Virus record (IMG/VR): IMGVR_UViG_3300046477_000062
Location: 118,548 to 168,385 of that record
Reading direction: 5' to 3' (one strand)
Source of the DNA: a virus
Lineage: Duplodnaviria > Heunggongvirae > Uroviricota > Caudoviricetes
Length of the DNA: 49,838 nt
Shown here piece by piece: positions 23,945 through 32,155 of this stretch (positions are counted from its first letter, which is position 1; every line of letters begins with the position of its first letter). Under the pieces are notes generated by a model. It saw only the letters and a program-made list of their open reading frames with translations, did no database searches and was not told where the DNA came from. The position numbers and the translations under genes were made by a program.

Positions 23945-24144
23945 AGACGCGTCCTCATTTCTTCGAGTGCCAGTTCATCCTTGGCATACTGTTCGGCGCG
24001 CGTTTCAACGGGTCCGATGTCTTCGGCCAGTTGCGAACGTCCGACCGCTGTCTTGCGGAAGATGCGGTCATAGTTGTCGCGATAGTTTTCCGTGGTTCCA
24101 CGGCTGGCGATGGCGTCACCAGTGATGTCGTTGCGTGCTGTCAT
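23941..24144 (-). CDS. Small hypothetical protein (67 aa)
   Basis: Start re-called to MTARNDITGDAIASR...YRDNYDRIF. Confidence 0.7.
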   Translation of the reverse strand: MTARNDITGDAIASRGTTENYRDNYDRIFRKTAVGRSQLAEDIGPVETRAEQYAKDELALEEMRTRL

Positions 24145-24242
24145 GCGAAATATTTCAGGTAGAGTGCTGCTGCGATTGCGAGTAGACCGACCACGATGAA
24201 CGGTGTCGGGTTCGGTGGGGTGAAGCGGGCAGCGTCGATCAT
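24141..24242 (-). CDS. Membrane micro-protein (33 aa), not in ORF track
   Basis: MIDAARFTPPNPTPFIVVGLLAIAAALYLKYFA; ATGA-coupled at both ends. Confidence 0.65.
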   Translation of the reverse strand: MIDAARFTPPNPTPFIVVGLLAIAAALYLKYFA

Positions 24243-24544
24243 AGTAAATCCTTCGGCCAGACGAACCCATCGATCAGGTCTGCGATCTTCTGCTTGACCC
24301 AATTGTCATCGGAAATCAGACGCAGTTCGTGTTCCTTGGCAAACAGCGTCACGCCGTCACCAAAGGTCACGCGATAGCAGTCCTCGATGTATTCGGGGTA
24401 TCCATCCATCAAATAGTTGCCGTCTTCGACCAGACCGACGACTGTGCATTCTTCGCCGCTGTAGTCGTTGTTCTCGTCCTTATAGGTCCATAGCGGATCG
24501 ACGTAGGCAACACATACGTCACCGACCTTGTATTTGTGCGTCAC
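24239..24544 (-). CDS. SH3-like hypothetical protein (101 aa)
   Basis: YKVGDVC...CTVVG...YRVTFGDG...EHELRLI. Confidence 0.7.
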   Translation of the reverse strand: MTHKYKVGDVCVAYVDPLWTYKDENNDYSGEECTVVGLVEDGNYLMDGYPEYIEDCYRVTFGDGVTLFAKEHELRLISDDNWVKQKIADLIDGFVWPKDLL

Positions 24545-24960
24545 AGGACTTCCCGGTGGAATACGCTGTCACCAATCAGGACAACTGCGTCATGGCCGTA
24601 GTAGCCGTTGTGATCGTTGTAGGCGACAAGCTGCATCGTGCCGCGATCCGTCTCGAAGTTCACGAACATGGTGGACGCCTCGTAGAAGTTCTTCTCATTG
24701 ATCGGTTCAACTTTCAGGGCAGTGTCAACCAACTTGATACCCAGAAGCTTCGCGCCGACGAATTCTTGTAGCGTGTCATTGGTCGTGAGATAGCCCCAAT
24801 CCTCGCAACAGCTCTGACCGTTCTCGACGCCGACTTTGATGATGCGTTCGTTCGTCTCGATTGCATAGCCGTCGAAGTCGTGTTTGTATGTGTATGGTTC
24901 ACTGACGCGCGTATGCGCGAATGTCACATCCTCATGGATTGCGACGATTACTTCGTTCAT
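24541..24960 (-). CDS. Hypothetical phage protein (~139 aa)
   Basis: NGQSCCEDWG...YNDHNGYYGH; start uncertain (24960 or 25014). Confidence 0.7.
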   Translation of the reverse strand: MNEVIVAIHEDVTFAHTRVSEPYTYKHDFDGYAIETNERIIKVGVENGQSCCEDWGYLTTNDTLQEFVGAKLLGIKLVDTALKVEPINEKNFYEASTMFVNFETDRGTMQLVAYNDHNGYYGHDAVVLIGDSVFHREVL

Positions 24961-24988
24961 CTTTACTTTCTTCTTGGGTTTGGTGTAG

Positions 24989-25243
24989 TTACCGCGTGAT
25001 TGCGAGTGCTTCATAGACACGGAATTCCCGATCTGGGTAGTTGGTTGTGTAGTATTCCATGTAAACCTTCGCGGCATACTTGCTCTGGAACGGTTGATGA
25101 TTGATGATGTTCCAACCATATGCGCCTTCGAAACCTTCGACGTTCCAACCGGTGTGATTGGTTGCCAAGGGCAGACCATCTTCATCGAACTTCGTCTTCA
25201 TGGTTTCGGGCATCATGTCTTCAATGTCGTGACGGTTCAGCAT
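24989..25243 (-). CDS. Hypothetical protein (84 aa)
   Basis: AAGAG upstream; coding-like. Confidence 0.65.
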   Translation of the reverse strand: MLNRHDIEDMMPETMKTKFDEDGLPLATNHTGWNVEGFEGAYGWNIINHQPFQSKYAAKVYMEYYTTNYPDREFRVYEALAITR

Positions 25244-25255
25244 GTTCTTGTCTCT

Positions 25256-25642
25256 TTAGTTGTCTAGTTGGATGTTCAACAGCTTTGCGGCTGCGCGGAT
25301 GTCGGCTTCATCGGCCTCGCTGCGGTACTGGTTCGCGATCAGGCGATGAAACTTGTTATAGACTTCATCACGCTTGCGATCCGCGTTCCACTGGTACTCG
25401 CTGATGACCAGTTGACGCCGATAGTTCGAATAGCCATCACATTTCTCGTGGCCGGTGTCGCGTTCGAACTGTGTCTCGGTGGACCACTTACCCATACTCT
25501 TGACCGTGACGTACTTGCGTGCAACCTTCACAACCTCACACGGTTCGATTCCATTCTTTTCGCTGTCGCGATAGCGGGTAATGGTCATGAACAGACCGTC
25601 ACCGACCTTCAGGTCATCGAATTTTCCTTTTCCTTTTTCCAC
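25256..25642 (-). CDS. Hypothetical protein with LKVGD motif (~128 aa)
   Basis: Coding-like ORF; start ambiguous (GTG 25642 chosen). Confidence 0.6.
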   Translation of the reverse strand: MEKGKGKFDDLKVGDGLFMTITRYRDSEKNGIEPCEVVKVARKYVTVKSMGKWSTETQFERDTGHEKCDGYSNYRRQLVISEYQWNADRKRDEVYNKFHRLIANQYRSEADEADIRAAAKLLNIQLDN

Positions 25643-25791
25643 TCTTTCTTCCTTTCTTCGCACTCGGCGGTGCAACAAATCCAACAGTCGCAGTGATAGT
25701 CTGCTTCACCGCGTTCCCACTTCATCCGGGCAATCTCACGACGACACCACTCGGCTTCAAAGTCCAGCACGCTCACGATGATCGCCCGCAA
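25609..25791 (-). CDS. Small Cys-rich protein (60 aa)
   Basis: HCDCWICCTAEC. Confidence 0.55.
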   Translation of the reverse strand: MRAIIVSVLDFEAEWCRREIARMKWERGEADYHCDCWICCTAECEERKKEWKKEKENSMT

Positions 25792-25999
25792 AGATTTTCG
25801 TCAGTGCGTCAGTTAGTGCGAACGCGGCTTCTTCGGACAACTTGAACTGAACGACTTCACTGCCAACGTTCTCTTTGTTGGTGAACTTGAAGAAGAAGTC
25901 GTTGGTCCCACGGTACTGACCAACGAACATGTCGCGCTTGTCGTCCAGTTGGCAGGAGTAGCCTTCACACTTCACTTCAGATCCAGTTTGGTTTTCCAT
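25757..25999 (-). CDS. Hypothetical protein (80 aa)
   Basis: Coding-like ORF in operon. Confidence 0.65.
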   Translation of the reverse strand: MENQTGSEVKCEGYSCQLDDKRDMFVGQYRGTNDFFFKFTNKENVGSEVVQFKLSEEAAFALTDALTKIFAGDHRERAGL

Positions 26000-26291
26000 A
26001 TTTCTCGCTCAGTCGTTTGAATTCCGCCTTCTCGTGGTCTACTTGTGCCAGTTCGATCATCGTCTCTTGGGCGATGCGCTGGCTGTACTGGTGATCGTCT
26101 TCATCGACCAGTGAGAACACGGCGACATATTCATAGTCGTCATATGCCACGGTGGTCTTATCGACTTCTGCGTTCTCACCATACTGCTTGATGTAGCCAT
26201 CGATCTGATCGCGCAAGTCCTTCAATGTCGTCCAACTGACATCGAGACTACCAACTTCGCGACGAACCTTCTTTCGTGTCAGATTCGGCAT
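25977..26291 (-). CDS. Hypothetical protein (104 aa)
   Basis: Starts immediately after upstream stop; C-terminal EFKRLSEKYG. Confidence 0.75.
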   Translation of the reverse strand: MPNLTRKKVRREVGSLDVSWTTLKDLRDQIDGYIKQYGENAEVDKTTVAYDDYEYVAVFSLVDEDDHQYSQRIAQETMIELAQVDHEKAEFKRLSEKYGKPNWI

Positions 26292-26489
26292 TTAATACCT
26301 CTTGACCCAGACTTGGTGGCCGCACGGCGGGCACTGGATGTAGTAATCGATGTCCACGCAACCGGTGTAGTCGCGAGACTGGCGTTCTTTGATGTCCTTC
26401 GGGACGTATTGTAGCGTAGCCCCACAGTTGCGACAAACTGTTTCTTTCACCACAGACGGGTGTGGTTGTGTTGATACGACAGTGACCAT
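26292..26489 (-). CDS. Zinc-ribbon protein (65 aa)
   Basis: VCRNCGATL...IQCPPCG; start re-called to 26489 (TAATG overlap). Confidence 0.75.
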   Translation of the reverse strand: MVTVVSTQPHPSVVKETVCRNCGATLQYVPKDIKERQSRDYTGCVDIDYYIQCPPCGHQVWVKRY

Positions 26490-26947
26490 TAGTGTTTCAT
26501 CGTGATGGGGGTGTAGTCCATCAGTTCGCCGGTCTTGACTTCCAACTGCACGACCGGACGACCATTCTTGGACTTGACCCACATGTTATCAGAATTGGGA
26601 ATGAATGTGTTGAGACGAATCTGTTGGATGTCGTCGCGCCACTCGCTGAAGATCATGACAGCGAAATCGCCATACTTGACGAAGATGTCCTGATCCTTTA
26701 GGAGCGTTGCACCATGCTTCTCGAAGACGTAGGACAACAGCTTGAACATGAACAGCCGGTCTTCGCGCTTGGCGAAGTTGCGGTCCACCATGCGTTCCGG
26801 GAAGTGCTTCGAGATGAACACCCGCGCATGTTGGTTGTAACACTTCGACAGGATCGAACGCAGCGGTCCTGTCGTGAAACGTTGGTAATCCCGCGCCAGT
26901 TCGTTCACCTTGGCGCGCTTCACAAGTCCTTCAGTCGTGCAAGCCAT
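26489..26947 (-). CDS. Hypothetical early protein, possible RelE/BECR-fold RNase (152 aa)
   Basis: GAGG SD; SKHFPERMVDR motif followed by predicted beta-strands ending LNTF. Confidence 0.7.
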   Translation of the reverse strand: MACTTEGLVKRAKVNELARDYQRFTTGPLRSILSKCYNQHARVFISKHFPERMVDRNFAKREDRLFMFKLLSYVFEKHGATLLKDQDIFVKYGDFAVMIFSEWRDDIQQIRLNTFIPNSDNMWVKSKNGRPVVQLEVKTGELMDYTPITMKH

Positions 26948-27014
26948 TTTCTACATCCTCTAGTTTTTTACATTTGTTGTCCACGTTTGGGCGTGAGTGA
27001 TCACGCTGGAAACC

Positions 27015-27043
27015 ATCATACCAGACGTGGGAGAAGATTGCAA
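27015..27043 (-). promoter_or_regulatory. Sigma70-like early promoter of island 2
   Basis: TTGCAA (27043-27038), 17-nt spacer, TATGAT (27020-27015). Confidence 0.7.
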
Positions 27044-27126
27044 CAGGTTTGTCGTAATTGCACAGATACCCACGTTTGTCCGAAATCCTTACCTGATTTT
27101 CGGACAAAAGTCAAGTGGTATGGACG

Positions 27127-27164
27127 AAAAAAATCCCGCAAGCGGTCGGAGAGGGCTTGCGGGA
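27127..27164 (-). terminator. Intrinsic terminator
   Basis: TCCCGCAAGC / GCTTGCGGGA 10-bp stem followed by T7 on the minus strand. Confidence 0.75.
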
Positions 27165-27199
27165 CTAAACCCGGTGAGACAGACCGGGTAGGAACTAAT

Positions 27200-27385
27200 T
27201 CAGGAAACTACAGGTTTGGAGTTTTGCTGCGTGGATTCCATCCGGGCACGATGGCCGTCTGCGGCGCACCGATACAACGCCGCCATCTGGAACTTCCCAT
27301 CTCTATCTGCTGTGGCCGCAAGTAGGTCGAACATCTCGACGCTACGGGCACGGTCTTGCGCTGCTGTCATGCTGGCAATCGTCAT
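27200..27385 (-). CDS. Hypothetical protein (61 aa)
   Basis: GGGAG SD before MTIASMTAAQDRARS; own terminator downstream. Confidence 0.6.
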   Translation of the reverse strand: MTIASMTAAQDRARSVEMFDLLAATADRDGKFQMAALYRCAADGHRARMESTQQNSKPVVS

Positions 27386-27399
27386 CCGTGACACTCCCA

Positions 27400-27492
27400 T
27401 AAATATTAAAGGAATCCCCTTCAAACCGTCCATGCTGGTACAGCGAGAAAACCATACCACGCTGGACTGACTAAATAAAGTCCCCATAAATA
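27400..27492 (+). promoter_or_regulatory. Three putative late promoters upstream of gp25
   Basis: TAAATA at 27400-27405, 27472-27477, 27487-27492; CCCATAAATATT occurs twice. Confidence 0.6.
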
Positions 27493-27505
27493 TTCGGATC
27501 GACTC

Positions 27506-27910
27506 ATGGCTATCACTGTCTCCCAAACGAATGTCGTCTTCCGTGATCTGGATTTGGCCTTCAGTTCAAACCCAATTACGGGCGATGTTGCACGCAAATA
27601 TGACGAGAATGCGGTTAAACAGTCGATCAAGTCGTTGATCTTGATGAAACCGTATGAATCGCCGTTTCATCCTGAAATCTCGTCACAGGTCTACAACCTT
27701 CTGTTCGAACTGGCGACGCCGGTCACGTCCGAACTGATCAAGTCCAGTATCACGCAAGTCATCAGCAAGTTTGAACCACGCGTGGCGACCTTCGCCGTCT
27801 CGGTTCGGGATGATATGGACAACAACGCATATGCGATCACGGTCGAATTCATCGTTAAGGGTTCGAGCAAGTCGGTCACACTCACTACACTGCTTAACAG
27901 GCTGCGATAA
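27506..27910 (+). CDS. gp25: Baseplate wedge subunit gp25
   Basis: DLDLAFSSNPITGDV...AVKQSIKSLI...ESPFHPEI...FEPRV. Confidence 0.92.
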   Translation: MAITVSQTNVVFRDLDLAFSSNPITGDVARKYDENAVKQSIKSLILMKPYESPFHPEISSQVYNLLFELATPVTSELIKSSITQVISKFEPRVATFAVSVRDDMDNNAYAITVEFIVKGSSKSVTLTTLLNRLR

Positions 27911-29715
27911 TGGCAAACACAATTACAAATCTGGATTTTGATGACATCAAAGCTGGCCTGAAAGCTTATCTACAATCTCAGGACGATCTGACTGACTACG
28001 ATTACGAAGGGTCGGCCATCTCGCGCGTGCTGGACATCCTTTCCCTGAACACGCACTACAACGCGTTCCTCGCGAATGCCGTGTTCAATGAATCCTTCCT
28101 CTCTACGGCCATCAAACGGGCCAATGGCGTCACGCGGGCAGGGGAGTTCGGATATGTCGCACGCTCGGCAAAGTCGGCCACAGCGGTCCTCAGTGTGGAT
28201 GTCACGGACCCGGAACAGACCCCGATCAATCTGTCGTTGGATAAGTACAGCGCGTTCTCTACGTCCATCAACGGTGCGGACTACACCTTCTATACCATCG
28301 ACGCGGTAACGACGCCGCTGGTGGATGGTGCGTATGAGTTCGCCAGTGTCAAGGTCTATGAGGGCAAGCTGCTGACCAACACTTACGTCTATGACGGCGT
28401 GAGTGTGCCTTCATTCGCCATTCCGAACGCTGATGTCGATCTGGATACCCTGACGGTCACGGTCCAGAACAACACAACGGATTCACTGACGACCAAGTTC
28501 AGCGTCACAGATACGATTACAGGCGTGACGGGTGAATCGACGGTGTTCTTCCTCAAAGAGAATGCCAAGGAACAGTACGAAGTCTATTTCGGTGACGGCG
28601 TGATCGGTCAAGCACTGGTTGCGGGTAATGTCGTCAAGCTGACCTATCTGGTATCCAGCAAGACGGCGGCAAACGTCTCGTCCAAGATCGCCCAGACCTT
28701 CACCTACACGGGTGATATCGGCGGCAATACAGGCGTGACGGTTCGCACGGTCAGCAACAGTGTGGGCGGTGCGGACAAAGAGGACTTGGCTTCGATCCAG
28801 TTCAATGCGCCGCTGTCTTTGGCATCGGGCAAGCGTCTGATCACTTCGGATGACTATCTGGTCGGCATCAGCAACGGTGCAGCGTCCGTGGATGCGGTGT
28901 CGGTCTGGGGCGGTGAAGATAACAATCCCCCGGTCTATGGCAAGGTGTTCATCTCCCTGAAGCCGTTTGATGGCTATGTCATCTCAGATCAGGTGAAGAC
29001 CGATATCACGGCCAACATCCTCAACAAGCAGGGCAATCGCCTGATTACGCCTGTGTTCGTGGACCCGGACTACCTGTACCTGACGTTGAACGTGACGGCC
29101 ACGTATGACCCGAATCTGACCTCGGCGGGTTCGGATGACATCGCGGGCTACATCACGAACACAATCAAGACCTACTTCACGGGTGAACTGTCGAAGTACA
29201 AGAAGAAGTTCCAGTTCTCGCGTCTCTCCAAGCTGATCGACAACACCAACGATTCGATCCAGTCGAACATCATGACGATCAGCCTTCAGAAGCGTCAGAC
29301 GTTCCCGTACAACTATCCGACGACCATCGACATGCTGTTTGGTATGGCCGTGACGCCGGGTTCGATGAAGTCCAACGTCTTCACCTATTCGATTGGGGAC
29401 CAGTTCAACGTGGCCTCCATGTTCATTGATGATGGACTTGGCAACATCAGCGTACAGGACTGGTCAACCCTGAAGATTCTCGCACCGAACGTTGGTACGG
29501 TGAACTATGCAACCGGTGAAGTTATCGTCAAGGATTTCGTCATTACTGGTCTGATGGGCGACGTTGAGAACATCATCATCAACATGACGCCCAAGAGCAT
29601 CGTGACTGACGTTGATTCGAACAAAAACCAGATCATCATGCTGGATGATTCGACCAAGAACAATCTGGCGAATATTTCATCGGGCCTGACGGTCGCAGTC
29701 GTGGCGGCAAGCTAA
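27910..29715 (+). CDS. gp6: Baseplate wedge subunit gp6
   Basis: LDFDDIKAGLKAYL...DYDYEGS...SVWGGEDNNPPVYGKVFISLKP. Confidence 0.93.
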   Translation: MANTITNLDFDDIKAGLKAYLQSQDDLTDYDYEGSAISRVLDILSLNTHYNAFLANAVFNESFLSTAIKRANGVTRAGEFGYVARSAKSATAVLSVDVTDPEQTPINLSLDKYSAFSTSINGADYTFYTIDAVTTPLVDGAYEFASVKVYEGKLLTNTYVYDGVSVPSFAIPNADVDLDTLTVTVQNNTTDSLTTKFSVTDTITGVTGESTVFFLKENAKEQYEVYFGDGVIGQALVAGNVVKLTYLVSSKTAANVSSKIAQTFTYTGDIGGNTGVTVRTVSNSVGGADKEDLASIQFNAPLSLASGKRLITSDDYLVGISNGAASVDAVSVWGGEDNNPPVYGKVFISLKPFDGYVISDQVKTDITANILNKQGNRLITPVFVDPDYLYLTLNVTATYDPNLTSAGSDDIAGYITNTIKTYFTGELSKYKKKFQFSRLSKLIDNTNDSIQSNIMTISLQKRQTFPYNYPTTIDMLFGMAVTPGSMKSNVFTYSIGDQFNVASMFIDDGLGNISVQDWSTLKILAPNVGTVNYATGEVIVKDFVITGLMGDVENIIINMTPKSIVTDVDSNKNQIIMLDDSTKNNLANISSGLTVAVVAAS

Positions 29716-31691
29716 TGAATAACATTTCTTCGCTGATTCAGTCTCAATTTCCGCAATTTGTTCAGGAGGACTATCCTGCACTGATTGCGTTCATTGAGGC
29801 TTATTACAGATACCTCGAACTCGAAAAGAACCCGCAAGACATCCTCTCGAACCTGATTGAATACGCAGACATCGACAGGACGTTGGATGAATTCGTCTCG
29901 AAGTTCGAGAAGCAGTACTTGAACGGTCTTCCCCAAGAAGTGAAGGGCAACAAGCGCACCTTCATGAAGTATGTGCGGGACTTGTACAACACAAAGGGTA
30001 CTGAGGAATCGTTTCGCCTGTTGTTCCGTCTTCTGTTCAATGAAGAAATCGAGATTACCTATCCTAAAGAACAGATGCTTCGTCTGTCGGATGGTAAGTG
30101 GTCCCAACGGGTGTCGGTCAAGGTCGTGTTGGATGCAGGAGTAGACACATCCAATGTACTGAACAAGAAGATCAAGATTTGGACGATGAATGGTGTGATC
30201 AACACCTACATCAAAGATTTTATCTTCCAGTCGGACAACATCTACGAAATCTTCATCGACAAGACGTTTGGTATCAACATCTCGCCGGGTGATCGTGTCA
30301 CTGGCATGGACTTCGGTGCGACCACGGTCCCGACCACGACCAAGATGCTGATCACATCACCGGGTAATGGTTTCCATGTGGGACAGGTGTTTGATGTCTC
30401 GTCGGTTCTGGGTACGGGTACGAAGATCAAGGTCACGAAGATCGATGCCAATGGCGGTATCAAGCGTGCGGCCTTCATCCAGTTCGGCACGGGCTATGAA
30501 GCGGACTTCATGGTCCAGTTCGCATCCTCGGAACGTACATCAGGCGCACTCGATCCATTCAAGTCCTACACGAACGGCTTCAAGGAAAACGTGCTGGTCA
30601 CGAAGGTCACGTACTTCGTGTCTGATTACGTGGCAATCGACTATTCCGGTCAAGTGGTCGGATCGTCGTCACTGGATGATTATCGTCCAGACAATGCACA
30701 GGCTGCGACCACGCAACCGGCAGTGATTCAGTTCTACCTTGGTGCGATGTGTACCTATCGCGGCGAGTACACCACGGCAGACGGTTTCCTGAGTGACGTC
30801 AACGTGATTCAGGACGGCTACCTGTACCAAGACTTCAGCTACGTCATCAAGTCGAAGCAGAAGATTTCGGACTACGCATCAGTTATCAAGAAGCTGTGTC
30901 ACCCGGCTGGCACGATCATGTTCGGGGAGATGTCCCTTGAATCTGACGTGGATGTGGGCGTGACCTATGAGTACTTCAAGGTTCTGTCCGAACAGTTGCG
31001 CATGACGGACTTCGCTACACCATCCGAATCAATGGCATTTGTGACAGGTAAGGCACTGGTAGATAGTTTGACCGGTTCTCTGGATGCGATGTCGTTCTCT
31101 ACCTCCAAGGTATTGACCGATACTCTGGCGGGTTCTACCGACACCACATCAAAGGTAGTTGGCAAGGCACTGGTAGATGGTCTGCTTGGTTCTATTGACA
31201 CTATCGCGATTGAAACCGGGAAGAATGTCACGGATGCACTGGCTGGTTCGGATGACAGCACTATGTCATTTACTACCGGAAAATCCCTGACGGATGCACT
31301 GGCCGGTTCGACTGATAGTGCCGCACTCACGACTGGTAAGAATCTGACGGATGCACTGGCTGGTTCGGATGATTCGGCCTACACATTCAACACCGGGAAG
31401 AATGTCACGGACGCGCTGACTGGTTCCTTGGATGTGATGTCGTTCTCGACCAGTAAATCTCTTGCGGACGGTCTGGCCGGGATTATTGAAGCACTTGCAA
31501 TTGCTACAAGTACGACCCTCTCGGATTATCTTGATGGCGTGGACGATAGCGCCATTGCACTAAATACTAGTAGGCCAATTGCCGATTCACTTAGTGGTTC
31601 TGATGATTCGGTAATCTCGGCTTACCTGTTCAACTACTCGGACGTAACTTATTTTGCCGACTCATCCTATGTTGGCACATCCGTAATGTAA
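29715..31691 (+). CDS. gp7: Baseplate wedge initiator, gp7-like, with C-terminal tandem repeats
   Basis: SQFPQFVQEDYP..IAFIEAYY...KGTEESFRLLFRLLF...QDFSYVIKS...HPAG. Confidence 0.82.
   Translation: MNNISSLIQSQFPQFVQEDYPALIAFIEAYYRYLELEKNPQDILSNLIEYADIDRTLDEFVSKFEKQYLNGLPQEVKGNKRTFMKYVRDLYNTKGTEESFRLLFRLLFNEEIEITYPKEQMLRLSDGKWSQRVSVKVVLDAGVDTSNVLNKKIKIWTMNGVINTYIKDFIFQSDNIYEIFIDKTFGINISPGDRVTGMDFGATTVPTTTKMLITSPGNGFHVGQVFDVSSVLGTGTKIKVTKIDANGGIKRAAFIQFGTGYEADFMVQFASSERTSGALDPFKSYTNGFKENVLVTKVTYFVSDYVAIDYSGQVVGSSSLDDYRPDNAQAATTQPAVIQFYLGAMCTYRGEYTTADGFLSDVNVIQDGYLYQDFSYVIKSKQKISDYASVIKKLCHPAGTIMFGEMSLESDVDVGVTYEYFKVLSEQLRMTDFATPSESMAFVTGKALVDSLTGSLDAMSFSTSKVLTDTLAGSTDTTSKVVGKALVDGLLGSIDTIAIETGKNVTDALAGSDDSTMSFTTGKSLTDALAGSTDSAALTTGKNLTDALAGSDDSAYTFNTGKNVTDALTGSLDVMSFSTSKSLADGLAGIIEALAIATSTTLSDYLDGVDDSAIALNTSRPIADSLSGSDDSVISAYLFNYSDVTYFADSSYVGTSVM
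31044..31625 (+). repeat. Ten tandem 19-20 aa repeats in the gp7 C-terminus
   Basis: Consensus T-G-K-x-[LV]-T-D-A-L-A-G-S-x-D; near-identical DNA such as ACGGATGCACTGGCTGGTTCGGATGA in two copies. Confidence 0.85.
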
Positions 31692-31711
31692 ATTAAGGAA
31701 ACCAAACCAAA

Positions 31712-32155
31712 ATGCTGAAAGAAACTTTTGAAGCAGTCGGCACACTGAAGATTGAACACCGTGATGCCAACGGCAAACTGATTGAAGAACGTAGCCTGAA
31801 GAACCTGATTACCGATCTTGGCAAGGCATTCATTGCTGGCCGTATGTCGGCAACGGGTACACCGACCGCAATGGGTTGGATGTCAATCGGTACGGGCACG
31901 ACTGCCGCGACCAGTTCACAGACGACGCTGGTGACGGAAGGTGGTCGTGTCGCACTCACGTCCACGACTGTCAGCACGAACACGGTGACGTATGTTGCCA
32001 CGTTCGGCGCTGGTGTTGGTACGGGTGCGGTGACTGAGGCGGGTATCTTCAACGCTTCGTCAGCGGGCACGATGCTGAACCGCACGGTGTTCTCGGCCAT
32101 CAACAAGGGTGCGTCCGATACCATCACAATTACGTGGGTTGTCACGATCCAGTAA
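31712..32155 (+). CDS. Beta-rich tail/fibre-anchor-like protein (147 aa)
   Basis: KNLITDLGK...MSIGTGTTAA...EGGRVAL...TEAGIFNA..GTMLNRTVF..INK...ITWVVT; resembles fibre N-terminal/collar-type domains (inference). Confidence 0.7.
   Translation: MLKETFEAVGTLKIEHRDANGKLIEERSLKNLITDLGKAFIAGRMSATGTPTAMGWMSIGTGTTAATSSQTTLVTEGGRVALTSTTVSTNTVTYVATFGAGVGTGAVTEAGIFNASSAGTMLNRTVFSAINKGASDTITITWVVTIQ

Noticed and set aside
25600-25684. SD-like AAGGAAAA followed by ATG-ACC-TGA at the start region of 25256 ORF (possible recoding)
   Set aside because: The ATG is simply the end of the upstream ORF; an in-frame GTG at 25642 explains the downstream gene without recoding.
26950-27500. Large intergenic region as possible CRISPR mini-array or origin iterons
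   Set aside because: Explained by promoters, 9-bp boxes, a terminator and a 61-aa ORF; no repeats of CRISPR length.
31561-31566. CTAAATA inside the gp7 coding region as a late promoter for 31712
   Set aside because: About 150 nt upstream and within an ORF; may be chance, so left uncalled without TSS data.
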